Part shown: positions 36,106 to 46,761 of the stretch, piece after piece | Layout: each line of letters opens with the position of its first letter | How positions within the stretch are numbered: position 1 is the stretch's first letter | Translations under genes and position numbers: made by a program | The notes under the pieces: generated by a model | Databases searched by the model: none | The model's input: only the letters and a program-made list of their open reading frames with translations | What the model was told of the DNA's origin: nothing | From: Chiloscyllium plagiosum | Taxonomy: Eukaryota | NCBI RefSeq assembly: GCF_004010195.1 | Contig: NC_057760.1 | Span: 3,390,331-3,442,222, forward strand | Length of the DNA stretch: 51,892 nt | Direction: 5' to 3'

Positions 36106-37149
36106 TTTGAAAGCCCCTCCTCTGTCTGACACTCTTCTCCAGGCCCCCCCAGCTCCCAATCCCCCTCCCACCTAAGTCTGAAGGTAACATTATCCTGCTG
36201 TCCAAGTGAAAACAGGAGACCCTCGAGTTGTTGCAGGGACCTGTGCCCTGAAAGCTGAAGGTAAGAGCTACAGTACACCCATAAAGCCCCTGCCCTGCTT
36301 TGGCAAGTACTGGTTATAATTTGAGTTGAATTTCCTGAGTTGTTTCACCAGGCTATCTCCTGATGCCTTACCAACTAAAGTTTCAGATGAACAAATTAAA
36401 GTTGGAATTTGAATTTAAATTATAGCCCAAAACTTACAAAGTGTCAGGTGGCTGTCAACAAAGGCATTTAGAGGTCACATCTTAGGAGAGGAGACAGATG
36501 GAGGGGAACAGGGTGAGGTCGATGATGTGATGATACAGAGTCGCTGAAGATGGAACGGCATCAAGGCTGTCTGCTACCTGGTTCTATCTCAGCTAAAAGG
36601 GGTAAAACGTCAGGCACTAAGGTACAGTTCGGGGCTGGAGGCCCAGAAGTTGGCGTCAGTGTTCCTGCTGTTAAACCCAACAAAGCTCAGTCTTTCCAAG
36701 AGCTGATGATAGGAGTGGATGACAAGACAGGAGTTTTTGTGGAGTCAGTCACATGGGACAAGAGCTGATCTTGGGGAATGAATGAATTGGGGAAAATGGC
36801 AGAAGGCTCTTTGAGCTTTCTGGAGTGGAAGGAAACAGGGATTGGTGGAGATTTCTTGATGCCAATGGGAGAGTTGTTGGTGGAACGCAAGTGGGAGGTA
36901 GTGGATGAGCAGTGTGAATAGAGTGCTGTGGTCAGGTATAGCCAGGCATGGAGAATGAGGAAGAATTGTGCATCTTGGATTTAATGGTGAAGCACTATTT
37001 GCGTCACAAACAAAAGTTCACAAACTCTGTGAACTATATAACCAAGGTTCGCAGCTGCATGTGGCTTAATCAGTGTGAAGTGGATTCCCCTTCACTAAAA
37101 ACTAGCCTTGTATCTTTTTCCAAGGAAGCTTTCCATTTGTTCAAATGTC

Positions 37150-37634
37150 TTAGAGGTCACAGTGTGCTGCCTGACTTTATGACACAGAACCAGACCTTTC
37201 GGCCCACTTGTTCATGCCAACCAAGTTTCCTAAGCTAAAACTAGCCTGCATTTGGCCCATATCCCTTTCCTATCCATGTACCTATCCAAATGCTTTTTAA
37301 ATGTTGTAATTGTACTAGCCTCCACCACTTCCTCTGGCAACTTATTCCATATGCACACCACCCTCTGCGTGAAAAAGTTGCCCCTTAGGTCCCTTTTAAA
37401 TTTTGCCCTCTCACCCTAAACCTATGCCCTCTGGTTCTGGACTCCCCCACCCCATGGAAAAGACCTTGTCTATTTACCCTATCCATGCTCCTCATGATTT
37501 TATAAACCTCTGTAAAGTCACCCCTCAGCCTCCTACGCACCAGGGAAAACAGCCCCAGCCTATTCAGTCTTGGTAACATCTTTGTAAATCTATTTTGCTC
37601 CCTTTCCAGTTTAATAACTTCCTTCTGTAGTGAT
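37150..37634 (-). mobile_element. CR1 3' end, continuing at ~38645-38716 and 39040-39252
   Basis: LNRLGLFSLVRRRLRGDFTEVYKIMR; later MEFNIDKCKVLQFGKTNQGR. Confidence 0.85.
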
Positions 37635-37693
37635 TGTAACAAGTCAGCTGGCTGGACCTCATAGAATCTGAGTTCCCTAATTGGGGATGTTAA

Positions 37694-38313
37694 TATAAAA
37701 GCAGAGATGTACTACTAAGACTTTATAAAGCTCTGGTTAGGTCCCATTTGGAGTACTGTGTCCAGTTTTGGTCCCCACACCTCAGGAAGGACATACTGGC
37801 ACTGGAACGTGTCCAGCGGAGATTCACACGGATGATCCCCGGAATGACAGGTCTAACATATGAGGAACGGCTGAGGATACTGGGATTGTATTCGTTGGAG
37901 TTTAGAAGATTAAGGGGAGACTTAATAGAGACGTACAAAATAATACATGGCTTGGAAAAGGTGGATGCTAGGAAATTGTTTCAGTTAAACGAGGAGACTA
38001 GGACCCGTGGACACAGCCTTAGAATTAGAGGGGGTCATTTCAGAACAGAAATGCGGAGGCATTTCTTCAGCCAGAGAGTGGTGGGCCTGTGGAATTCATT
38101 GCCACGGAGTGCAGTGGAAGCCGGGACGCTAAATGTCTTCAAGGCCGAGATTGATAGATTCTTGTTGTCTCGAGGAATTAAGGGCTACGGGGAGAACGCT
38201 GGTAAGTGGAGCTGAAATGCGCATCAGCCATGATTGAATGGCGGAGTGGACTTGATGGGCTGAATGGCCTTACTTCCACTCCTATGTCTTATGGTCTTAT
38301 GGTCTTATGGTCT
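37694..38313 (+). mobile_element. Young CR1 3' end with intact ORF2 C-terminus
   Basis: Uninterrupted 155-aa ORF (EYCVQFWSPHLRKDILALERVQRRFTRMIPG...) and a (cttatggt)n tail. Confidence 0.93.
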
Positions 38314-38453
38314 TAACCTGATCCAATCTGAGAGCCCTGCCTGACAGGTATAATCAGGAATGTCAGAGATACTCTGAACAGGCAGCACTAAAGTCAGGGA
38401 CTGTTCATGTGTAATTACAGACTGTCTTGGTGATGGGAGACCAGCCGTGGAGT

Positions 38454-38632
38454 TTAGATTAGATTAGATTCCCTACAGTGTGGAAACAGGCCCTTTGACC
38501 CAACCAGTCCACACCGACCTTCCAAAGAGTAACCCATCCAGACCCATTTCCCTCTGACTAATACATCTAACACTATGAGCGATTTAATATGGCCAATTCA
38601 CCTGACCTGCACATCTTTGGACTGTGGGAAGA
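38454..38632 (-). mobile_element. HE1-type SINE 3' half
   Basis: (ttaga)n tail; reverse complement of the SINE body. Confidence 0.85.
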
Positions 38633-38723
38633 ATTATTTAACTTTCCTTCACAGGGAAAGCACAATTCCAAACATGGCCTTACCAATGTCTTGTACATCC
38701 ATAACATGATGTACCACAATGAC

Positions 38724-39039
38724 ACGTGGTGGCACAGTGGTTAGCACTGCTGCCTCACAGCACCAGAGACCCGGGTTCAATTCCTGCCTCAGGCGACTGA
38801 CTGTGTGGAGTTTGCACGTTCTCCCCGTGTCTGAGTGGGTTTCCTCCGGGTGCTCCGGTTTCCTCCCACAGTACAAAGATGTGCAGGTCAGGTGAATTAG
38901 CCATGCTAAATTGCCCGTAGTGTTAGGTAAGGGGTAAATGTAGGGGTATGGGTGGGTTGTGCTTCGGCGGGTCGGTGTGGACTTGTTGGGCCGAAGGGCT
39001 GTTTCCACACTGTAAATAATCTAATCTAATCTAATCTAA
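38724..39039 (+). mobile_element. Full-length HE1-type (V-SINE) tRNA-derived SINE
   Basis: A-box TGGCACAGTGG, B-box GGTTCAATTCC, core tgtgtggagtttgcacgttctccccgtgtct, CR1-like tail and (taatc)n. Confidence 0.93.
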
Positions 39040-39332
39040 AACTCCTGTACTCAATGCTCTGACTGATGAAAGCAAATGTGCCTTCTTCACCCTGTCTACC
39101 TGTAATGCTACTTTCTAGGAACTATATACCTGCATCACTAGGTCTCTCTATTCAACAACACTCCCCAGGACCCTACCACTAACTGTGTAAATCCTGCCCT
39201 GGTTTGTCTTTCCAAACTGCAACACCTTGCATTTATCTATATTAAACTCCATCAAACTTATTAATAGTTCACAGTGCACATGAAAGGAATCCTCCAAAAG
39301 ACATGAGAAAGAGGAACTTAAGTTTGTTTTAC

Positions 39333-39474
39333 CTTCACAAGGAGACTGGTGAAGAGCAGGTTTTTGGAAAAGGTGATGTTGAGGCTTGTATTGTAAGCAT
39401 TTTCTTTCCTGTTTTCCAGCATCACTATTGCTGACACCCTCTGTCGATAGCTTTTTACAATGTAAGGACTTTGT
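39333..39474 (-). CDS. ITGA10: ITGA10 calf-1 exon
   Basis: tttcag|...|gtaaaa, 142 nt, phase 2/0. (R)QSPYIVKSYRQRVSAIVMLENRKENAYNTSLNITFSKNLLFTSLLVK. LENRKENAYNTSL fits alpha-10 rather than alpha-11. Confidence 0.95.
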
Positions 39475-39799
39475 CTGAAATAGTGTATTATAAAAATGAA
39501 AAATATACACAAACTCAAGAAATACTAGACAGCCCAATGGGTAAATGCAGCTCAGCAAGAATACAAACTGGGTGTTTGATTCCTGCTGAGATTGTGATCA
39601 GACTTGGTACGGGTCAGTTTGTGGGTGTTAGCATCAATCCTGTTCCCGTTCCTGATCGTTCCCCAGGAAGTTTCTTTGGGATGTAGAGTGTTCTAGACTA
39701 GAGGCAGCGATGCTCTGATTGGCCAGCCTGTTCACCAACATTCTCTCTCACAATCAGTCGGCACAGAATGAGGAAACACAATTCAATGTTCTCATTGAT

Positions 39800-40151
39800 C
39801 GTGAAGGGAATGAAATACAAAAATAGGGAAGTTATTCCTCAACTATACAGGGCATTGGTAGTGCACACCTGGAGCACTGGGTACAGTATTGACCACTTTA
39901 TTTGAAGGAAGGGCGCAATTACATTGGAAGCAATTCAGTGAGAGTTCACCAGGCTAATGCTGAGAATGGGGTGGGGAAGATGATTCGTCTTATGAGGAAA
40001 GGTTGATCAGGCTAGGCTTGAAGCTGCTGGAGTTTGGTCATGAAAGCAATGACTTGACTGGAACATATAAGATTCTGAAGGGTCTTGACAAGGCAAATGT
40101 GGAGAGAATGCCCCTGCTGATGAAAGAATCTAAAACTAGGGATCACTGTTG
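39800..40151 (+). mobile_element. CR1 3' region, resuming at 42400-42625
   Basis: NDLTGTYKILKGLDKANVERM..ESKTRDH; the later part has ggcttgaggggctgaatgacc. Confidence 0.8.
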
Positions 40152-41779
40152 TAAAATCAGAGTCTCCTATTCAAAACACAGTCTCCTATTTAAACATCAC
40201 AATCTCCTATTTAAAAATCATAGTCCCCGATTCAAAACTCAGTCTCCTATTTAAAAATCACAGTCCGCTATTTAAAAATCACAGTCAACTATTTAAAAAT
40301 CAGTCTCCTATTTAAAAATCAAAGTCGCCTATTTAAAAATCACAGTCTCCTATTTAAAAATCAGTCTCCTATATAAAAATCAAAGTCGCCTATTTAAAAA
40401 GCACAGTCTCCTATTTAAAAATCACAGTCTCCTATTCAAAATCACAGTCAACTATTTAAAAATCACAGTCTCCTATTCAAAATCACAGTCAACTATTTAA
40501 AAATCACAGTCACCTATTTAAAAATCACAGTCTCCTATTCAAAATCACAGTCAACTATTTAAAAATCAGTCTCCTATTCAAAATCACAGTCACCTATTTA
40601 AAAATCACAGTCTCCTATTCAAAAATCAGTCTCCTATATAAAAATCAAAGTCGCCTATTTAAAAATCACAGTCACCTATTTAAAAATCACAGTCTCCTAT
40701 TCAAAATCAAAGTCAACTATTTAAAAATCTCAGTCTCCTATTCAAAAATCACAGTCTCCTATTCAAAATCACAGTCAACTATTTAAAAATCAGTCTCCTA
40801 TTTAAACATCAGTCACCTATTTAAAAATCAGTCTCCTATTTAAAAATCACAGTCACCTATTTAAAAATCACAGTCTCCTATTCAAAAATCACAGTCAACT
40901 ATTTGAAAATCAGTCTCCTTTTTAAAAATCAGTCTCCTATTTAAAAATCACAGTCACCTATTTAAAAATCACAGTCTCCTATTCAAACTCACAGTCCACT
41001 ATTTAAAAATCACAGTCTCCTTTTCAAAAATCAGTCTCCTATTTAAAAATCACAGTCAACTATTTAAAAATCAGTCTCCTATTTAAACATCAGTCACCTA
41101 TTTAAAAATCAGTCTCCTATTTAAAAATCACAGTCACCTATTTAAAAATCACAGTCTCCTATTCAAACTCACAGTCCACTATTTAAAAATCACAGTCTCC
41201 TTTTCAAAAATCAGTCTCCTATATAAAAATCAAAGTCGCCTATTTAAAAATCACAGTCTCCTATTCAAAATCACAGTCCACTATTTAAAAATCAGTCTCC
41301 TTTTCAAAAATCAGTCTCCTATATAAAAATCAAAGTCGCCTATTTAAAAATCACAGTCTCCTATTCAAAAATCACAGTCACCTATTTGAAAATCAGTCTC
41401 TATTTAAAAATCAGTCACCTATTTAAAAATCACAGTCTCCTATTCAAAATCACAGTCAACTATTTAAAAATCACAGTCTCCTATTCAAAAATCAGTCTCC
41501 TATATAAAAATCAAAGTCGCCTATTTAAAAATCACAGTCTCCTATTCAAAATCACAGTCTCCTATTCAAAAATCACAGTCTCCTATTCAAAAATCACAGT
41601 CACCTATTTGAAAATCAGTCTCCTATTTAAAAATCAGTCACCTATTTAAAAATCACAGTCTCCTATTCAAAAATCACAGTCAACTATTTAAAAATCAGTC
41701 TCCTATTTAAAAATCACAGTCACCTATTCAAAAATCAGTGACCTATTCAAAAATCACAGTCTCCTATTCAAAAATCACA
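40152..41779. repeat. AT-rich 19-22-bp minisatellite, ~1.6 kb
   Basis: aaaaatc(ac)agtc(tc/ac/aa/gc)ctattt(a/c) variants with recurring multi-unit blocks. Confidence 0.97.
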
Positions 41780-41905
41780 GGAATTTCATTCCACACACAA
41801 ACCACCCCTTATGTAAAAAAAGTTGCCCCATGTCCTTTTTAAATCTTACCCCCTCACTTTAAAAATATGTGCCCTAGTCTTGAACTCCCCTACACTAGTG
41901 AAAAG

Positions 41906-42116
41906 CTGGAAATGTGTTGCTGGAAAAGCGCAGCAGGTCAGGCAGCATCCAGGGAACAGGAGAATCGACGTTTCGGGCATAAGCCCTTCTTCAGGAAAGA
42001 AGGACTTATGCCCGAAACGTCGATTCTCCTGTTCCCTGGATGCTGCCTGACCTGCTGCGCTTTTCCAGCAACACATTTCCAGCTCTGATCTCCAGCATCT
42101 GCAGATCTCACTTTCT
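41906..42116. mobile_element. Penelope inverted-pLTR hairpin element
   Basis: 88-bp inverted arms; 17-bp TSD cctacactagtgaaaag (41889-41905 / 42117-42133); same family as the end of 18148-20092. Confidence 0.9.
41965..41996 (-). ncRNA. Hammerhead-like core with a weak stem I
   Basis: On minus: tc CTGAAGA a gggc-ttat-gccc GAAA cg TC ga. Confidence 0.55.
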
Positions 42117-42667
42117 CCTACACTAGTGAAAAGACAACTGCCATTCATATGACATATACCCCTCATGATTATATAAACCTCCTACACTACAGTGGAAACA
42201 GTCCCTGTCCATCCAGCATCTCCTTATACACAAACCCCCCACTCCCACCAACACCCTGGTAATCTCTTCTGATCCCTCTGTAGCTTGATAATATCCTTCC
42301 TGTAATATGGAGACTAGAACTGGACACAGTATTCCAGAAGAGGCCCCACCAAAATCCTCACCAATAGCCTCAACATGGCGTCCCAACTCCTATACTCAAA
42401 GGGTCTTTGGAACTTTCTCCCTGAAAAGAGGGTGGAAGCAGAGTCTTTGAATATTTTAAAGGCAGTGGTAGACAGATTCTTGTTAGGCAAGGTGATGAAA
42501 GGCTTTCAGAGCTAAGTGGGAATGGGGATTTGAGGTTTCAATCAGATCAGACATGATGGTTTGGGATGGCGGGACAGGCTTGAGGGGCTGAATGACCTTC
42601 TGCTGCTCCTTGTTTGCCTGTTAGCTATTCAGGTGGCTCATTGGTAGATAGGAATTAGGGAGACAGC

Positions 42668-42763
42668 GAGGTAAAAACATGAAGGGCTTTTGCCCGAAAC
42701 GTCGATTTTGCCTGTCCTCGGATGCTGCCTGAATTGCTGTGCTCTTCCAGCACCACTAATCCA
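42668..42763 (+). mobile_element. Short Penelope pLTR fragment
   Basis: tgaagggcttttgcccgaaacgtcga...; flanking duplication gaattagggagacagc (42652-42667 / 42764-42779). Confidence 0.8.
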
Positions 42764-43072
42764 GAATTAGGGAGACAGCATCAGGAGAGGAATTAGGGAG
42801 ACAGCAGCTGTACTCCTTACTGCTTTTTAAACATTCACTCATGGGACCTGGGGGGTCACTGACCCAGCATTAAATATACCTCCCTAGTGGCCATTGAGAA
42901 GGTGATAATGAGCTGCAGTTTACACAGTGGAGGTAGATCCATAATGCCATAAGGGACACAGTTCCAGGATTGTGACTCAGCAACAGTGTAGGAATGGTGA
43001 TATATTTTCAAGTGATTATCATGAGTGGCTCAGAGGGAAACATAACAGTTATTACAGAGCCTAATGATTTTT

Positions 43073-44227
43073 CGGAGCGCCACTCCTTCATCAGGTGGTT
43101 GTGGAGGACACAATTGTAAGACACAGAATTTATGGCAAAAGTTTACAGTGTGATGTAACTGAAATTATACATTGAAAAATACCTTGATTATTTGTTGAGT
43201 CTTTCATCTGTTCGAATACCATGATAGTTTCACTTCTTTCATGTGTAAATCACAAAACTTTCTTTAAAAGTTGCATTCTCAGGTTAACTGTAACAATTGG
43301 TGTTAGCCAGATAATGTTGAAGGTGTTAGCCCCCTGATATCAGTGTACAGTTGTAGAGTGTCTAAGTCTGTGAGGGGTTGCATGTGTGAGTGTGGGAGTG
43401 TGTGTCTGTAGGGGTGTGTGTGAGTGTCTGTGTAAATGTGTGTCTGTGTGTATGTGTGCATAGGAGTGCCTGTGTGTGTATAGTGCAATACTGGTCACCT
43501 GTAGTGTGACATGAACTCAAGGTCCCAGTTGAGGCCCTCCCTATGGGTACGGAACGACGCTCCAAAAGCCAGTGCTTCCATTTAAACCTGTTGGACTATT
43601 TGGCCGCATTTAGAATATTGTGTACAGTTCTGGTCGCCACATTACCAAAAGTATGTGGACGCTTTGGAGAGGGTGCAGAGAAGGTTTACGAGGATGTTGC
43701 CTGGTATGGAAGGTGTTAGCTATGAAGAGAGTTTTGAGTAGGTTACGTTTATTTTCACTAGAAAAGAGGAGGTTGAGGGGGGACCTGATTGAGGTTTACA
43801 AAGTCATGAAGGGTATGGACAGGGTGGATAGAGACAAGCTTTTTCCCAGGGTGAAGGATTCAATAATGAGAGGTCACGCTTTCAAGGTGAGAGGTGGAAA
43901 GTTTAAGGGGGATACACGCGGCTAGTACTTCACACACCGGGTGGTGGGCGTTTGGAACCCGTTGCCAGCAGAAGTGGTAGAGGCAGGCACCGTAGATTCA
44001 TTTAAGATGCATCTGGATAAATACATGAGTAGGTGGGGAGTAGAGGGATACAGATGTTTAGGAATTGACCGACAGGTTTAGACAGTACATTTGGATCAGC
44101 TCAGGCTTGGAGGGCCGAAGGGCGTGTTCCTGGGCTGTAAAATTTCTTTGTTCTTCTTTGTTCTTATAACCTGGTATTGTGTGATTTTTAACTTTGTACA
44201 CCCCAGTCCAACACCGACATCTCGAAA
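43073..44227 (-). mobile_element. Penelope 3' end with an inverted pLTR, split by a CR1
   Basis: Minus FRTHREGLNWDLEFMSHYR* (endonuclease C-terminus), (CA)n tract, pLTR of the 25562 family, flanking taatgattttt duplication. Confidence 0.8.
43600..44165 (+). mobile_element. CR1 3' end nested in the Penelope pLTR
   Basis: LFSLEKRRLRGDLIEVYKVMKGMDRVD; host rejoins as tgttggactat|aacctggt. Confidence 0.9.
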
Positions 44228-44298
44228 TAATGATTTTTAACCTCATGATTCCAGCGCCAACAACTGACAATAAACGTTGGCAATAAATATTTTCTTGC

Positions 44299-44384
44299 CT
44301 AGATCCTGAAATATCCAAGTGTGCCTGCAACGCAAGGTCCGTCAAACATTCATCATCGTCCCCACAGTCTTTAAAGAAGGGAAT
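44299..44384 (-). CDS. ITGA10: ITGA10 genu exon (probable GC donor)
   Basis: tttcag|...AG|gcaaga, 86 nt, phase 0/2. IPFFKDCGDDDECLTDLALQAHLDISGS(R) (human VPFSKDCGPDNECVTDL..DIRGSR). Confidence 0.9.
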
Positions 44385-44481
44385 CTGAAAGTGTGAAATT
44401 GAAAACAGGGATATTTCAGCAAACTTCAGGACAAAGCTTTGTGCCTGTCGATCTGAGCGATACAGTCCAACAGAGACTTAC

Positions 44482-44592
44482 CCAGTTTTTAACTGTAGTT
44501 ACACAACCATCATCCAGAATTGGCCCCTCAGGCTGTTCAGCCAAACTAAACTGTAGTGTGAACCCAATAGGCCGAATGTAGTCAGCTGTATC
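44482..44592 (-). CDS. ITGA10: ITGA10 thigh exon
   Basis: acacag|...|gtaagt, 111 nt. DTADYIRPIGFTLQFSLAEQPEGPILDDGCVTTVKNW. Confidence 0.95.
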
Positions 44593-44614
44593 CTGTGTCA
44601 GAGATAGCAAATGT

Positions 44615-44932
44615 TATAGAGTCATAGAGATGTACAGCACGGAAACAGACCCTTCAGCCCAACTCGTCCCTGCCGACCAGATATCCCAACCTAATCTAGG
44701 CCCACCTGCTAGCACCCAGCACATATCCCTTTAAATTGTATACCCATCCAGATGCTTTTTAAACGTTATAATTGTACCAGCCTCCACCACTTCCTCTGGC
44801 AGCTCATTCCATACACACACCACCCTCTGTGTGAAACAGTTGCCCCTTAGGTCTCTTTTAAATGTTTCCCATCTCATCTTAAATCTATGCTCTCTACATT
44901 TGAATTCCCACACCCCAGGGAAAAAACCTTGT
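44615..44932 (-). mobile_element. HER1-like CR1 3' end
   Basis: FTQRVVCVWNELPEEVVEAGTI; (tctatgac) tail. Confidence 0.9.
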
Positions 44933-45112
44933 CTTCTGTTGTTACATTAAAAGCCACAAAGTGCCAGAGTCGACACATCAAACTAAGCGTCTGCATTTTA
45001 CTGCAGATCACACCACAGATTTTACACATCGGCATTGTGGCATAATGTGTCACAGGAACACTCCGAATACTCATCAAAGTCAGGGATGTCAATATATCAG
45101 GCAGTCATTCCC

Positions 45113-45232
45113 ACCAACAAACACACCCAGATCAGACACCCAGCAACAAATACACCCAGATCAGACACCCAGCAACAAACACACCCAGATCAGACAACCA
45201 GTAACACACACACCCAGATCAGAAATCCAGCA
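45113..45232. repeat. ~31-bp tandem repeat, 4 copies
   Basis: caacaaacacacccagatcagacacccag. Confidence 0.85.
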
Positions 45233-45430
45233 AAGTATCCAGTTATTGCCTTTCAGTCTTGGCTTCGGGAATGTTAGGAGCAGCTATTTCATTGTAACAA
45301 TTGCAGCCTGTTGTCGGTAGGTACAGGTGTCACACTGACATAGATGATCAGACGGTATATAAATCTTGATAGCAGGCCTTCATACCCAGTGCCATTTCTA
45401 CAGCAAAGTGGGAGAGATTCTAGTACTTAC

Positions 45431-45573
45431 AATGACGTGAAAGTGAAGGGTGTGACATTTCAGGCCATCGGTCAGAAGATGAATAACTTCCTCCTTCTGC
45501 CTCTGGTCACTTCCATCAAACAAGGCCCTGGGAGCAAACTTCTTTTCATCCAACAGAATGTTATAATACAGAT
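45431..45573 (-). CDS. ITGA10: ITGA10 thigh exon (most 5' exon found in the window)
   Basis: gttacag|...|gtaagt, 143 nt, phase 1/0. (D)LYYNILLDEKKFAPRALFDGSDQRQKEEVIHLLTDGLKCHTLHFHVI (human ...LDE..ARAAFDGSGQR...C..LHFHVL). Confidence 0.94.
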
Positions 45574-46034
45574 CTGTAACAGACCGGCAGTCAGAGTAAT
45601 TCAGACATCAGGTAACGACACAGTTTCTTCTTAAGCATCTGATACTCATTATGAGCGGAGCTTGTTTCCAGCCAGCACTGACCAGCTCAGACATGCTTCA
45701 CACAGCCACACCACAGAAGCTGCTGATTCATGTCACACGTGTGCAGGGCGTCCAGTCATAAACATATAGAGTCATATCTGAGACCCTGCCCTCTTCTCCT
45801 CCCCACATCACTGAAATGTAAACTCTCCCACCTCCTCTCTTTATTCTCTCCCATCACCCCAAACCTGGGCAACTTTAGACCTCTCGGTGTTCTCTTCTTC
45901 CTTCAGTTCAGAAACTTTCAAATACGTGTTGGGCCTCCGCTAAGCATTATCTCCTGACTGCCCATGTCTTTCTCATAATCTTTCTGTCTGTGGTGTGTTC
46001 TATTCTGTGACTCATGCCCTTCCTGATAACTCCA

Positions 46035-46365
46035 TTCATTCATGGGATTTAGGCTTCACTGGCTGGGCCAGCATTTACTGCTAATCTTTAACTGCCCTGG
46101 AATAGGTGCTGGAGAGCTGTCTTCACAATGCTGTTGGGAAGGAAGTTGAGCTGGCTGATCTGTCCCCCTAGATGGTTGTGGGTTTGGAGGATGCTCTGGT
46201 GAATTCCTGCAGTGCCTCTTGTAGATAGTACACACTGCTGCTGCTGCTGAGCGTCAGGGGAGGAGGGAGGGGATGCTTGTGGATGTGGTGCCAAAGAAGC
46301 AGGTTGCTTTGGCCTGGATGATGTCGAGCTTCTGCAGTGTTGTTGGAGCTGCCCCCATCCAGAAC
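46035..46365 (-). mobile_element. CR1-clade LINE 3' fragment
   Basis: Same family as 28205-28725. Confidence 0.7.
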
Positions 46366-46761
46366 AGTGGCAAATGTTTAGGGAAAGACTAAATGCCTCA
46401 CCATTAAAGTATATTCCTGAGAGGAAGAGGAAGTGTATAAAGGTGAATAATTATCCATGGCTTAACAAGAAAGTCATGGATAACAAAGGCAAAAGCTGGG
46501 GCATATCATAATGCCAGAGTTAGGGGTACTCTGGGGGAATTGGGAGAGCTTTAAACATTAGCAAAGCGTTGCAAAATACAAAATCAAAAGTGCTAAGGTG
46601 AACTATGAAAGGAAACTAGCAGAAACCATAAGCACTAATACCAAGTTTCTGTAAGTATATAAAAAGGAAAACAGTAATGAAAGTAAATGTTTGCCCTTTA
46701 CAGGATGACAATGACAAGATAATAATGGGAAACTTGGAAATGACAGAGACACTAAATCAAT

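Larger units (their letters stand above)
37635..38640 (+). mobile_element. Probable solo LTR split by a CR1 and a SINE fragment
   Basis: Starts TGTAACA. ggggatgttaa|cctgatccaatc rejoins across the CR1. CCAAT/TATA-like motifs; the 3' end is degenerate. Confidence 0.55.
41780..42400 (-). mobile_element. CR1 fragment carrying a hairpin insertion
   Basis: VGEFKTRAHIFKVRG; gaatactgtgtccagttctagtc on minus. Confidence 0.8.

Noticed and set aside
36420..36990. Possible L2-type LINE remnant
   Set aside because: Too degenerate to support by eye.
10061..45573. ITGA11 or a laminin-binding alpha (alpha-3/alpha-6) suggested by KCGFFKR
   Set aside because: Ectodomain motifs (LENRKENAYNTSL, SESTL.RYE, NLGC, EFEF.CS) match alpha-10, and the calf-1 exon lacks the alpha-11 insert.
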